A stretch of 64,000 nt of DNA from an uncultured Candidatus Saccharibacteria bacterium. GTDB lineage: Bacteria; Patescibacteriota; Minisyncoccia; Phycocordibacterales; UBA9973. The position numbers were made by a program, and so were the translations under genes. The notes under the pieces were generated by a model. That model had not been told where the DNA came from, did not search any database, and worked only from the letters and a program-made list of their open reading frames with translations. Positions 9,701 to 19,551 of this stretch are shown here, one piece after another. The stretch lies in contig CAYUQD010000002.1 in assembly GCA_964446965.1 (NCBI GenBank), positions 32,689 through 96,688 on the forward strand, read 5' to 3'. The stretch's first letter is position 1, and every line of letters starts with the position of its first letter.

Positions 9701-10346
9701 TGGTGCTGAAAAAATCATCTCTGTCATGTCAGACAAATCTGAATCCTCAAAAGAATCAGTAGACTACGTCGTCAACGCTCGTCGTGTCTCTATCGTAAAG
9801 GTGGGACAAGACGTTCAGAAAGGCGAACTCCTCACTGATGGATCAGCCAACATCAAGGACGTGTATGTATATGGTGGCAAAGAGATGGCCGAAGACTACA
9901 TCATCCGCGAAATCTCAAAGGTGTACGAACTCCAAGGTGCATCTATCGCTCGCAAGCACCTCGAGATCATCATTCGTCAGATGTTCTCACGTCGCAAGAT
10001 CAAGGAAGCAGGGGATAGTTCATTCTCTCCAGGTGAGACTGTCGAGATGACTGAACTCCTCGAAGAGAATGGTCAGATGAAGGCACAAGGTCTCCGCGAA
10101 GCAAAGGGTGATCTCATCATCCTCGGTATTACTCAGACTGCGCTCAATGCAAAGTCATGGATATCTGCTGCATCGTTCCAGAACACAAACCGTGTCTTGA
10201 TCAACAACGCAGTCAAGGGTGGTGTCGACAACCTCCGTGGTCTCAAAGAGAACGTCACCGTCGGCCGACTCATCCCTGCTGGTACTGGATTCAAGGATCG
10301 TCGTGCACTCAACGTCAACATTGACGCTAATCGAGAACAAGACTAG
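6723..10346 (+). CDS. rpoC: RNA polymerase beta' subunit
   Basis: NADFDGD catalytic motif, N-terminal Zn finger. Confidence 0.99.
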   Translation: MKTLDTTNFDQIVLKLASPDRIREWSYGEVTKPETINYRTGRSERGGLFDERIFGPEKDYECYCGKYKRIRYAGIVCEKCSVEVTQSIVRRERMGHIELASPVAHIWFLRGVPSRMSILLNVSLADLEKVVYFAGYIITSVHEDEKTRVVAELEAEFKNKVKNAADEETKEKLKNLLLNTKKEIAEIRVGKVLNELSYHHFSLKYGSSFEANIGGEAIYQLFCNMDLDKLKAVTEKSLEKAGAAEREKLQKRLALIRSMIYAKIRPEWMFLSVIPVIPPAIRPMVALEGGRHATSDVNDLYRRVINRNNRLKKLKEIGAPDVILRNEKRILQEAVDALIDNSIAGQDSPAMSQAQRRALKSLSDNLKSKQGLFRQNLLGKRVDYSARSVIVVGPTLRLNQCGLPKHMALELFRPFVISKIIARELAYNIRGANKLIEDGIPEVWAILEEVIQGKYVLLNRAPTLHRLGIQAFMPVLIEGNAIQVHPLVCPAFNADFDGDQMGVYLPLSETSQAEAKALISADKNLLKPQNGDPIVSSKLLDIVLGCYWMTSSVDGQKGEGKYFASPNDAILASDHDVVSYRAKINVLGTGNEKYEIFGGKPFETTVGRLLFNAILPADFPYMNEEMTSKKMVVIVDNLISKYGVDPIANILDRIKTFGYKYATKSGTTWGIDNVIVPAEKPAIVAKHRAMEAEVKAQFEDGLLSEEERYQSVLTIWNKAKAEIEKALPNTIEKHSSVYDMITSGARGTVSNVTQMAGMKGLIQNTTGRTIDFPIIPSFKEGLSPLEYFITTHGSRKGLADTALNTARAGYLTRRLVDVAQDVIVTEDDCGTKSSKRVTKEVISGFEIPISKNIRGRVLAKEIALPDGTTMFKRGHMITRDEALEVEARGATEVFIRTPMLCKTVYGICRQCYGLDLGRNHIVDKGESVGIIAAQAIGEPGTQLTLRTFHAGGLAGVDITQGLPRVEEIFECREVKNPAVVAKYSGTVSEIKENGAEKIISVMSDKSESSKESVDYVVNARRVSIVKVGQDVQKGELLTDGSANIKDVYVYGGKEMAEDYIIREISKVYELQGASIARKHLEIIIRQMFSRRKIKEAGDSSFSPGETVEMTELLEENGQMKAQGLREAKGDLIILGITQTALNAKSWISAASFQNTNRVLINNAVKGGVDNLRGLKENVTVGRLIPAGTGFKDRRALNVNIDANREQD

Positions 10347-10348
10347 TC

Positions 10349-12055
10349 ATGCAATCGATCTACGATAACATCAAAGATCGCTTGCCTATCACTGACGTCC
10401 TCTCAACGTATATCACACTCACTCCGGCTGGTAGTCAGTTCAAAGCAAAATGCCCATTTCACAATGAGCGATCTGCATCATTCTCAGTATCTCCTGAGCG
10501 TGGACTCTACTACTGCTTTGGGTGCGGTGCAAAGGGAGACATCTTTACCTTTGTTGAGCAGTTCGAAGGTGTAGACAAAAAAGGGGCGCTCAAAATACTC
10601 GCAGATCGTGCGGGTATTGCGCTCACGCGTGAGTATGTGTCTCGCGAGAGCACTGACCCACTCTATGATGTGCTCGAGAGCACTGCGACTCGGTATCAGC
10701 AGGAGCTTGCTCGCAATACTATCGCGCTCGACTACCTCCATGGTCGGGGAGTGACCGATGCAACCATTGCATACTTTCGCATTGGGTACGTCCCCGATGA
10801 GTGGCGGTACGTTGCCAACACCATGAAGGATGAACAACATGCTGCAATAGCTGAGCGGGCAGGTCTCATCAAGAAAACACCGAAAGGATACTATGATAGA
10901 TTCCGCAAACGCGTAATGTTCCCACTCACTGATACATCGGGGCGCGTGGTCGGGTTTTCTGGACGATTATTCCCAAGCGATAGTGAAGATGACAAACAGA
11001 GTCCCAAATACCTCAACTCTCCCGAGACCGAGCTCTTTCAAAAGTCGCGTATCCTCTTTGGCTTTGACAAGGCAAAGGCTGCCATTCGCCAACACAACTT
11101 TGCGATCGTCGTCGAAGGGCAGATGGACTGCGTGCTCGCGCATCAGGCCGGATTTCGGAATACTGTTGCAACATCGGGGACTGCGGTCTCTGACGCAGCA
11201 GCAGCTGATCCGAGTGCCAACCTCGCAGTACTCGCGCGCCTCACGCCGCATGTATTCCTCGCATTCGACGGAGATGCTGCGGGGCAAAAGGCGCTCGACA
11301 GAGCAGCGATCGTCGCGCTCTCATTGTCTATGAATCCTCGTGTCGTACCACTCCCTCCCGGAGTCGATCCTGCGGACTACATACAGTCGCACGGTACCGA
11401 AGGGTGGAAGGAGTTGCTCAAGCAAAGTCAGCATTTCATTCTCCATCAGTTGCGATCGATCAAGCGTCATGAACTCTCGCCACATGTACTGGTGACGATG
11501 CTCAAGGAACGCATCTTTCCATTCCTGATCAAGATCTCGTCTCCGATCGAGCAGGGAAGCTATATCGAAGCCATTGCCAAAGAGCTCGACATCCCAAAGT
11601 CTGATATCGCGCGCGAACTCATGATCTACGCTGCAGCACAGCCTGTAGTTCAGACAGAGACAGTACTCAACATCACGAGTGAGACGATCACTCCCGAAGA
11701 GCGATTTCTTGCGATTGCTGTGAGGTTCCCGACAACTGCTGTGACTACACATCGCAAGGCGATTGAGTCTCTCTCGTACAACGATACTGCGTTCTCATTT
11801 CCCATTATCCAAGCTGATCGTATGACGGAACTTCTCGCAGTAGTAGAGCGTGACTACAGCACCCTCGCAGAGAGCGAGCTCGATCTCCTTGCTGGAGAAC
11901 TCGCGCACAAGATCACTGATCGATACTACGCGACTATTGTTGCACAACTCACTCGCGCACTGAGTACTGCAGAGCAAAGTGGCAATGATGCAGAAGCGCA
12001 GTCTGTCATGCAATCCCTTCACCAACTCAACCAACGCCGTCATGTTTCGACATGA
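10349..12055 (+). CDS. dnaG: DNA primase
   Basis: CPFHNE...CFGC Zn finger, PKYLNSPET, TOPRIM EGQMD and FDGD. Confidence 0.97.
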   Translation: MQSIYDNIKDRLPITDVLSTYITLTPAGSQFKAKCPFHNERSASFSVSPERGLYYCFGCGAKGDIFTFVEQFEGVDKKGALKILADRAGIALTREYVSRESTDPLYDVLESTATRYQQELARNTIALDYLHGRGVTDATIAYFRIGYVPDEWRYVANTMKDEQHAAIAERAGLIKKTPKGYYDRFRKRVMFPLTDTSGRVVGFSGRLFPSDSEDDKQSPKYLNSPETELFQKSRILFGFDKAKAAIRQHNFAIVVEGQMDCVLAHQAGFRNTVATSGTAVSDAAAADPSANLAVLARLTPHVFLAFDGDAAGQKALDRAAIVALSLSMNPRVVPLPPGVDPADYIQSHGTEGWKELLKQSQHFILHQLRSIKRHELSPHVLVTMLKERIFPFLIKISSPIEQGSYIEAIAKELDIPKSDIARELMIYAAAQPVVQTETVLNITSETITPEERFLAIAVRFPTTAVTTHRKAIESLSYNDTAFSFPIIQADRMTELLAVVERDYSTLAESELDLLAGELAHKITDRYYATIVAQLTRALSTAEQSGNDAEAQSVMQSLHQLNQRRHVST

Positions 12056-12109
12056 GGGGATTGACTTGAGACCAAATTTTAGTAATGTATGTAATTGATA
12101 CTTCAGTAT

Positions 12110-13432
12110 ATGCCGAATAAAAAATCAACCGTTCGACAACCCAATAAGAAGGCTACAAAATCTGCTCCAAAGAGCCGTCCAGTTGCAAAAAAGCAAGCAG
12201 CAAAGAAATCTGCACCAAAAAAAATAGCTCCAAAAAAGGTACTTAAAAAAGTTGCAAAGAAAAAGCCGGCTCCAAAAAAAGTAGCAACCGTACGAGCAAA
12301 GCCAAAGCCTATCACCATTCGTCATGAAGGTCAGGGGAGTCGCCGTGAAGTCAATACTGAAAAGAAGTTGCGCGAACTCGAAGCAAAGGCAGATGAACTC
12401 ATCACAAAGGGCAAGAAGCGTGGATTCATCACCTATGATGAGATTCTCAAAACATTCCCTGATATCGAGAACAACATCATGTTCCTCGACGAACTCTACG
12501 AGAAGTTCGGTACTGCAGGAGTCGACGTCCTCGAAGGTGGTAACCTGCTCGACATCGACTCTACCGAAGATCTGTCGAAGTACGTCAAAGAGAGTCACTC
12601 ATTTTCATCAGTGCAGATGTACCTCAAGGACATCGGACAGTATCCACTCATCGTCGCTGCCCAAGAACGCGAACTCGCAAAGCGTATCGAGCAAGGTGAC
12701 CTCGAAGCAAAGAACTTGCTCGCACGGAGTAACCTCCGTCTCGTCGTATCTATCGCAAAGAAGTATGCAAATCGTACGGCCGATCTCACTCTCCTCGACT
12801 TGATCCAAGAGGGGAACATCGGACTCTTCAAGGCTGTTGAGAAATTTGACTACACCAAGGGATTCAAATTCTCGACCTATGCGACATGGTGGATCCGTCA
12901 GTCGATCACTCGCGCACTCGCCGATCAGAGTCGCACTATCCGTATCCCTGTGCACATGGTAGAAACGATCAGTAAGTACAAACAGGTCTTGCGCCGTCTC
13001 GCCCAAGACCTCGGTCGCGACCCAATGCCCGAAGAAGTCGCAAACGAAATGGGTATTGAGGTCGAGAAGGTCCACGTCATCGAGCAGATCAACCAAGAGA
13101 CTCGCTCACTTGAGCAACCGATCGGTGACGATGAAGACAAGAGCACATTCGGAGAATTCATCCCCGATGACAAGATCCTTCGTCCTGACCAAGAGGCCTC
13201 TCGTCGCATGTTGCAAGACGCGATACGTGGAGTCCTCGAAGAGATCTCTCCAAAAGAGAAGCGTATTCTTGAAATGCGCTACGGTCTCATCGATGGTGTG
13301 CAGCACACACTCGAGGAAGTGGGCAAGGAATTTGGTGTCACGCGTGAGCGTATCCGACAGATCGAAGCCAAGGTCCACGAGAAGCTTCGTCAGAACGATC
13401 GTATCCAGAGACTTCGCAACTATTTTGATTAG
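12110..13432 (+). CDS. rpoD: Primary sigma70 factor with Lys/Ala/Pro-rich N-terminal extension
   Basis: [43 protein letters not shown]. Confidence 0.97.
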   Translation: MPNKKSTVRQPNKKATKSAPKSRPVAKKQAAKKSAPKKIAPKKVLKKVAKKKPAPKKVATVRAKPKPITIRHEGQGSRREVNTEKKLRELEAKADELITKGKKRGFITYDEILKTFPDIENNIMFLDELYEKFGTAGVDVLEGGNLLDIDSTEDLSKYVKESHSFSSVQMYLKDIGQYPLIVAAQERELAKRIEQGDLEAKNLLARSNLRLVVSIAKKYANRTADLTLLDLIQEGNIGLFKAVEKFDYTKGFKFSTYATWWIRQSITRALADQSRTIRIPVHMVETISKYKQVLRRLAQDLGRDPMPEEVANEMGIEVEKVHVIEQINQETRSLEQPIGDDEDKSTFGEFIPDDKILRPDQEASRRMLQDAIRGVLEEISPKEKRILEMRYGLIDGVQHTLEEVGKEFGVTRERIRQIEAKVHEKLRQNDRIQRLRNYFD

Positions 13433-13453
13433 GAAACAATAGAAATAAGTGAT

Positions 13454-13481
13454 AAAAAGCCCTTAGAAATAAGGGTTTTTT
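13454..13481. terminator. Terminator after rpoD
   Basis: AAAAAGCCCTTA-GAAA-TAAGGGTTTTTT. Confidence 0.85.
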
Positions 13482-13539
13482 ATATATTGACAAATAAATA
13501 AATTGTGATAATGTGAATAAAAATTAAAAACTTACAGTT

Positions 13540-13974
13540 ATGGAAAAAGATCTTTATTTTGAATACAAACAGGTTGTAGCTTTATTAAATAAAGCAAAAA
13601 CGAAGGAAAAAGCACCATGGAGATTATTAATCAGTACATTCGAAGATCTTGATAGTGAATGTCTTGATCTTCATGCGTATTATGAGCTTGGATATATACC
13701 ATTTTTTGTTATCGCACATTGCTATTACGTTAAAAGTAATATTCCAGCAATTATTTTCAGAATGGGTCCAACTGAATATGAAATTGAATATAGATGTTTT
13801 CAGAATGCCGGAGAGGAAAGAATGAAAGCGTTTGAATTTCTCAAGCACTGTACCTTTTATAAGGATACTAGATTTTATGAGAGAAAAAGCAAAAACATGA
13901 ATGATATTTTAATTGAATTTCTCCATGCAACCGGTCTTCTCTTTACAGAAAATCCTAAATTCATAATTAAATAA
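13540..13974 (+). CDS. Hypothetical protein (AT-rich islet)
   Basis: ORF between TTGACA (13487) and terminator 13980-14007. Confidence 0.7.
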   Translation: MEKDLYFEYKQVVALLNKAKTKEKAPWRLLISTFEDLDSECLDLHAYYELGYIPFFVIAHCYYVKSNIPAIIFRMGPTEYEIEYRCFQNAGEERMKAFEFLKHCTFYKDTRFYERKSKNMNDILIEFLHATGLLFTENPKFIIK

Positions 13975-13979
13975 AATTC

Positions 13980-14007
13980 AAAAAGCCCCGAAACATTCGG
14001 GGCTTTT
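13980..14007. terminator. Bidirectional terminator
   Basis: AAAAGCCCCGAA-ACA-TTCGGGGCTTTT between convergent genes. Confidence 0.85.
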
Positions 14008-14036
14008 ATTATTTCACATTTTTTCGTTAAAGAATA

Positions 14037-14801
14037 TTAAAGAAGTGCGTCGATTTCTTTTTTGATGTCTTCGAGGGGGTATGCACCAGGGACGATCTTT
14101 TGCTCGCCGGACTTTAGGTTGACGATGATAGAGAATGGAGTTCCACGAGCTCCGATCTCTTGTGCTTCTGCAGTGTCTGCTGCTACACGATCACTTGCTG
14201 CAGTTCCTGTGATACATGTCGCAAAGAGTGCCTTGTCGATACCTTGGGCAGTGGCGAGTGTGGTGAGTTGGGCATTACTCTTTGCGTCTGGAGTAAGGGT
14301 GATCTTGATGACTTCATCGAGATACTTGTTGAACGCACTATTGCCACCGAGTTGTGCGACACATTCCATAGCAACGGCTTCGGTAGTTGCGTTGGGGTGG
14401 AGAGATGCGAGTGGGAAGTATCGGTATACCCATGCGACTTTGCCATCGTAGGCATCATAGATGTTCTCGAGGGTGGTGTGAAATCGTTCACAGAATGGAC
14501 AGTCAGAGTCAGAGTATTCGATGATCGCGACTTCTGCAGTAGCCATGTCACCACGGACGCGGTCGTTGGCGCGGATTGTTGCAACAGCTTTTGGGACTGA
14601 GGTGACTTCGTCAGGTTGCGCAGGAGTACCAGCGGCAGGAGCTGCATCCTTGTTGCCACCAAATGCGACAATGAGTGCGATTGCGATAATGACAGCACCA
14701 GTGAGGATCGCAGCGGGGAGACTGATACCACCCTTTTTTTGTTCCATTGGTGTGTTGGTTGGGGTACTGTGTTCTGTTTGATTGTTGTTTGTTGGTTCCA
14801 T
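14037..14801 (-). CDS. DsbA/thioredoxin-fold oxidoreductase, membrane anchored
   Basis: EYSDSDCPFCERF, YRYFPL..LHP, GARGTP. Confidence 0.9.
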   Translation of the reverse strand: MEPTNNNQTEHSTPTNTPMEQKKGGISLPAAILTGAVIIAIALIVAFGGNKDAAPAAGTPAQPDEVTSVPKAVATIRANDRVRGDMATAEVAIIEYSDSDCPFCERFHTTLENIYDAYDGKVAWVYRYFPLASLHPNATTEAVAMECVAQLGGNSAFNKYLDEVIKITLTPDAKSNAQLTTLATAQGIDKALFATCITGTAASDRVAADTAEAQEIGARGTPFSIIVNLKSGEQKIVPGAYPLEDIKKEIDALL

Positions 14802-14876
14802 CTGCACAGTATACAGCACATATTCACAGATTGAAAAATCATTGAAAAAATAGCCTCAAAATGCTAGTATTGCCCC

Positions 14877-16118
14877 ATGAATCTCGCAGAATTAGCGACC
14901 TACGCTATCACTTTTTTGGCCCTCTATGTACAAGTTTTTTTCTTTGTTACGTATCTACAGCACCGACGTGCCCTTGTCAGAGAGACCAAGCAAGCCATTA
15001 CTCTCAAGTCATACCCAACGATTGCCATTGTCGTGCCGTGTTGGAATGAAGAAAAGACAGTGCATAGAACTATAGAGAGTTTGCTTGCGTTGGATTATCC
15101 CAAAGATGCATTCCAGCTCGTCATCGTGGATGATGGCTCGACTGACAATACATGGGCAGAGATCGCGCAATACAAAGACCATCCTCAGATCAAAACTCTC
15201 AAAAAAGAAAATGGCGGCAAACATACTGCCGTTAACTATGGTATTGACCACACGACAACAGACTTTGTTAGTTGTCTCGATGCTGACTCATTTGTGGCAC
15301 CGGATGCATTGCGACGCATGATGTATATGTTCCAAGAAAATCCTGACATGATGGCAGTAGCTCCTTCTATTATCATCAACAAACCAAAGACATTCATTCA
15401 GCATGTACAAAAGGTAGAGTACAACATGGGTATCTATGTCAAGAAAATGCTTGCATACAATGGTGCTATCCACGTAACACCTGGCCCATTCTCTGTATTC
15501 CGACGCGAGGTCTTTGTTCGGCTTGGAGGATTCCGTGCTGCGCACAACACCGAAGATATGGAGATTGCATACCGCATGCAAGAAGCCCATATGCGTATCG
15601 GGCATTGTCATACCGCACACATACTTACTGTTGCACCGAGTACGATCCCCAAACTGTTCAAACAACGCGTTCGATGGATCTACGGATTTATCCAAAATAC
15701 GAATGACTACAGACGCCTGATATTTCGCAAATCGTATGGCAACTTCTCCTTCTTTACGCTACCTTCTGGTATTGTATCGATCACTGCAACTGTATATATC
15801 TTTTTTAGTATCTTGTACAACGCAATCGTGTGGCTCATTGGCAAAATTGCGCAGTGGCGCGTTACTGGATTGCACGGAGGCTCATTTGATATCAATCTCG
15901 ATTGGTTTTATATCAATACACAGACGATACTCTTTATCACAGTGGCATTGTACGGTATTATTATTGGCGCGACGTATCTAGGGAGCCGTATGGCACATGA
16001 ACGACTCAACCCATTCTACTTGATTGCATATGTGGTAGTGTATAGTGTCATCGCTCCGTTTTGGTTGATGAAAGCTGTATGGAGTTCTGTTGTCAGACAC
16101 ACACCAAGTTGGCGTTAA
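14877..16118 (+). CDS. GT2 processive glycosyltransferase
   Basis: VDDGSTD, KENGGK, LDADS, TED, QRVRW, TM helices. Confidence 0.92.
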   Translation: MNLAELATYAITFLALYVQVFFFVTYLQHRRALVRETKQAITLKSYPTIAIVVPCWNEEKTVHRTIESLLALDYPKDAFQLVIVDDGSTDNTWAEIAQYKDHPQIKTLKKENGGKHTAVNYGIDHTTTDFVSCLDADSFVAPDALRRMMYMFQENPDMMAVAPSIIINKPKTFIQHVQKVEYNMGIYVKKMLAYNGAIHVTPGPFSVFRREVFVRLGGFRAAHNTEDMEIAYRMQEAHMRIGHCHTAHILTVAPSTIPKLFKQRVRWIYGFIQNTNDYRRLIFRKSYGNFSFFTLPSGIVSITATVYIFFSILYNAIVWLIGKIAQWRVTGLHGGSFDINLDWFYINTQTILFITVALYGIIIGATYLGSRMAHERLNPFYLIAYVVVYSVIAPFWLMKAVWSSVVRHTPSWR

Positions 16119-16125
16119 TTAAATT

Positions 16126-16755
16126 ATGAAACATATTTCCTCAAAATACATTCTTACACTACTCCTCACGTTGGGTATTTTTGCCACTGCGTGGTTTGTG
16201 AGCAATACATTGAATGCAAAAAAGTTTGCCGACCTCAAGGCGGTCCAAGACAAAATATCGATCGATATTTTGTCTTCAGAAACTGAGTTCGACCTTTTGA
16301 CAGAGAATACGTGTGATGCGAGTAGTATATCTACCTTTTCAAACGATCTCGCCGTCCTCGCAGAAAAGATAACCTATAGCGAGCAAAATGTTGCTACTCC
16401 CGAAGAAATCAATACTCTCAAAAAGCAATATACACTGCTTGAAGTCCGTGACTTTTTATTGACCAAGCGTATCGCAGAACGCTGCAATCAAAAGCCGATA
16501 GCTATCTTTTATTTCTACGGTACATCTGTCGACTGTCCTGACTGTGTGAAGCAGGGCTATGTCCTCGATGCGCTTCGTCAACGCAATCCCAAAGTTCGTG
16601 TGTACGCATTTGACTACAACCTCGATCTCTCCACGATCAAGGCACTCATCTCTATCTACAAGGTTGGTACCACTGTACCTGCGCTTGTCGTCAATGGTAC
16701 GACATACCAAGGCTTCCGTTCACTCGACGAGCTCACTAGTATTGTCGCAAAGTAG
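16126..16755 (+). CDS. Membrane-anchored protein with CxxC thioredoxin-like C-terminus
   Basis: N-terminal TM; YFYG...CPDC, VPALVVNG. Confidence 0.7.
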   Translation: MKHISSKYILTLLLTLGIFATAWFVSNTLNAKKFADLKAVQDKISIDILSSETEFDLLTENTCDASSISTFSNDLAVLAEKITYSEQNVATPEEINTLKKQYTLLEVRDFLLTKRIAERCNQKPIAIFYFYGTSVDCPDCVKQGYVLDALRQRNPKVRVYAFDYNLDLSTIKALISIYKVGTTVPALVVNGTTYQGFRSLDELTSIVAK

Positions 16756-16792
16756 GGAACTAGAGAAGTAAATATTGTGATACAATTTCTCT

Positions 16793-17326
16793 ATGAAACC
16801 AATTATTGTAATACTTATCATTCTTGTGCTCGGATTTATTGGATGGAGTGTGGCTCGTCCTAGTGCTCCTGTGGCAGAGCAGACAGTGGTACCTATAGAC
16901 ACTACCAATGATGGTGGTACGGCAAACGGTACTCCTGCTGGCCCACAAGGCAAACTGCCTGCGGGGAGCGTTGCGCCTGGCAACCCAGAACTCCTCATTG
17001 GTACCTGGGTATGGCAGCAAACTACTGAGGGTGGTCAGACTATTACTCCCAACAAGCCTGGCGTATTTGCGGTGACATTTTCTACAGATGGTAGAGTGTC
17101 CGGCAAGACTGACTGTAATGGATTTGGAGGAGAGTATGAGGTGGGGAGCGATGGCATTATCAGCTTTGGACCATTCATGAGTACGATGATGTATTGCGAA
17201 GGTTCCCAAGAGAGTGTATTCAATGCACAGATGTCCAAGGCAAAGAGTTATTCATGGGACAAATCTGGCAACCTCGTCATCCGGTATGGTGACAACGCGG
17301 GGTCTATCGTCTTTAAGAAAAAATAA
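16793..17326 (+). CDS. META (HslJ-like) domain exported protein
   Basis: GRVSGKTDCNGFGGEY, STMMYC. Confidence 0.85.
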   Translation: MKPIIVILIILVLGFIGWSVARPSAPVAEQTVVPIDTTNDGGTANGTPAGPQGKLPAGSVAPGNPELLIGTWVWQQTTEGGQTITPNKPGVFAVTFSTDGRVSGKTDCNGFGGEYEVGSDGIISFGPFMSTMMYCEGSQESVFNAQMSKAKSYSWDKSGNLVIRYGDNAGSIVFKKK

Positions 17327-17358
17327 TAACATAAAACCAGGGGTATACTATACGTTAC

Positions 17359-18567
17359 ATGGAACCACCAGTACCACCGCGTCGCCGACACACGCTCGCA
17401 TGGATTATATTTGTGATAACATTTCTCCTCCTCGTTGGTAGTATTGGTCCCGAGAAGGTTGTCCATATCGATACATCAGGACAGATTGCGACAGGGCTCG
17501 AATCGTCGGTAGTGACGCCGACATTTGAGGATGGTATTGCGCACAGTACTACAGGTGCGAGCGCTGTGCATATTGCTCTACCACAGACAGTGCGCGGTAT
17601 ATACATCACGGCATGGACTGCGGGTACGCCCAAACGTCTCGTGAATATTCTCAGCATGTACGACAATAGTATCCTCAACGCAGTCGTCATCGACATCAAA
17701 GATGCTTCAGGAAGGATCTCATACCAACCGCTCGATGGCACACTCGCTGCAACAGGTGTCGGAACCAAACGTATCAGCAATCTCCCTGCAGTTATCGAAC
17801 AATTTCACCAGCGGGGCATCTATGTGATCGGACGAATTTCTGTATTCCAAGATCCCTATCATGCACAACTCCATCCTACAGACACGTTCACCGATATACA
17901 GACTGGTGAGGTCTGGAATGACTACAAAGGTATCGCATGGTTGCGACCCGATAGTGTGAATGTGCGAGAGTATACTGAGGCCATAGCACGAGATGCCTAT
18001 ACCCAAGGGTTTGACGAGATCAATCTCGACTATGTGAGGTTTCCTTCAGATGGAGATCTCAAGGCGATAGATCTCTCTGGTCTGACCAAGAGTCGTGCAG
18101 AGGTGATGCAGGATTTCTTTGTGGGGATAAGTAGTAGTCTGCGTAGCGAGGGCATTCCTGTATCGGCAGATGTCTTTGGTCTCACGATGTCGGCAAGCGA
18201 TGACGTCGGTATAGGGCAGAAAGTTGCGCTCATTGCGCCACATGTCGACGCGCTCGCACCAATGGTATATCCTTCACACTTTTGGAACGGTACATATGGT
18301 ATCGCAGTTCCTGCAGAGGAACCCTACAAAGTCATCTACAAATCGATGTCAGACGGCATTGCCAAGCTCGCATCGGCAGGTGTCGATATGAGGGTACTGC
18401 GTCCGTGGCTCCAAGACTTTGATCTCGTTGGTGTTCCCTATGGATCTGACAAAGTCGCCGCGCAGATACAGGCGGCCCACGATCTCGGCATTGACTCATG
18501 GATGCTCTGGGATCCCGCCAATACGTATACACAGTCAGTATTCAAGCTGACAAATGAGGTAGAGTAG
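17359..18567 (+). CDS. Putative glycoside hydrolase (DUF4015-like)
   Basis: NAVVIDIKD, GFDEINLDYVRFP, PMVYPSH, RPWLQDF. Confidence 0.85.
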   Translation: MEPPVPPRRRHTLAWIIFVITFLLLVGSIGPEKVVHIDTSGQIATGLESSVVTPTFEDGIAHSTTGASAVHIALPQTVRGIYITAWTAGTPKRLVNILSMYDNSILNAVVIDIKDASGRISYQPLDGTLAATGVGTKRISNLPAVIEQFHQRGIYVIGRISVFQDPYHAQLHPTDTFTDIQTGEVWNDYKGIAWLRPDSVNVREYTEAIARDAYTQGFDEINLDYVRFPSDGDLKAIDLSGLTKSRAEVMQDFFVGISSSLRSEGIPVSADVFGLTMSASDDVGIGQKVALIAPHVDALAPMVYPSHFWNGTYGIAVPAEEPYKVIYKSMSDGIAKLASAGVDMRVLRPWLQDFDLVGVPYGSDKVAAQIQAAHDLGIDSWMLWDPANTYTQSVFKLTNEVE

Positions 18568-18635
18568 GGAAGACTTGACAATAAATCCATAGGTAGTATA
18601 AAGAAAGTATATTGTTCATTCTAAATACTTTTTTT

Positions 18636-19010
18636 ATGAAGAGAATACAGCTGTATATTGATCGGTTATTAAATCAAAAATTTAATAACGGGATCATATG
18701 TGTTGAGAAATTTCATGAAAATGGTCAACCAGCCAAAGTCTACTATCGCAGGTTTCCTTCTACTCCAATAGCGCCCTCAAATACACATTTCAACATAGAG
18801 ATTGGTGAAAAACATACTATTGTATACACCTTTGATCTGCACGGGAATGTGGTGTCACGAGAGAGATTGATTAATATTTTCAAACTCAGGGGCAAGCCTA
18901 TAGTTGGAGAAATGGAAGTACATTCTGCAGTGAGACGTGTAGAAGCTATTCAAAGCGCACTACAACGACTCATGGGTATACCAGGACTGATATCTGTTGA
19001 CCGACATTGA
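18636..19010 (+). CDS. Hypothetical protein (AT-rich islet)
   Basis: TTGACA at 18575; terminator 19021-19053. Confidence 0.65.
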   Translation: MKRIQLYIDRLLNQKFNNGIICVEKFHENGQPAKVYYRRFPSTPIAPSNTHFNIEIGEKHTIVYTFDLHGNVVSRERLINIFKLRGKPIVGEMEVHSAVRRVEAIQSALQRLMGIPGLISVDRH

Positions 19011-19056
19011 TTTCTCATAGAACGCTTCATCGATATATGTGAGGCGTTTTTTTATT

Positions 19057-19132
19057 TGGAGCCGGAAGTCGGGCTCGAACCGACGACCACCCGTTTACAA
19101 AACGGGAGCTCTACCAACTGAGCTATTCCGGC
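19057..19132 (-). tRNA. tRNA-Thr(TGT)
   Basis: Cloverleaf GCCGGAA...TTCCGGC-TCCA, anticodon loop TTTGTAA. Confidence 0.96.
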
Positions 19133-19551
19133 GTTTGACCAGGTGTCTGGTCATTTGGTGTTGCAACTATACTCGTTTTTTTGATTCGAGGCAAGCGCTT
19201 TGTGACTGGTTTTTTTGGGAAGGAGATGGACTTGAGGAAGTACGATGATGGGCCATGGGTGAGACCTACGAGGTGATCCTTTTTTTCAAAGAGGGGGGCA
19301 GCTTTGGGAAATATTTTCACAAAGAGACGCTCTCCTCGAGTAGTAGTCCATGCAATACCGTGTTTGAGATGGACGAGCGCACTATACCATCCACGACGAG
19401 TGAGCCGAGAGCTCTGTTGCCATTTGCGCACGAGCGGGTCTGTACCGACGAGTGGTTGTTGTGCACCAGAGGCTATCTTCCAGGTGGCATACATACTGTA
19501 GAGCCACGTGACAAAGATGAGGACGACGAGGATGATGAGTAATGCGGTCAT
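19123..19551 (-). CDS. Hypothetical single-TM protein
   Basis: Start overlaps tsf stop; core-like codon usage. Confidence 0.7.
   Translation of the reverse strand: MTALLIILVVLIFVTWLYSMYATWKIASGAQQPLVGTDPLVRKWQQSSRLTRRGWYSALVHLKHGIAWTTTRGERLFVKIFPKAAPLFEKKDHLVGLTHGPSSYFLKSISFPKKPVTKRLPRIKKTSIVATPNDQTPGQTPE

Noticed and set aside
3690-13442. Many overlapping alternative-frame and antisense ORFs
   Set aside because: Shadow ORFs caused by the strong codon bias of rpoB, rpoC, dnaG and rpoD.
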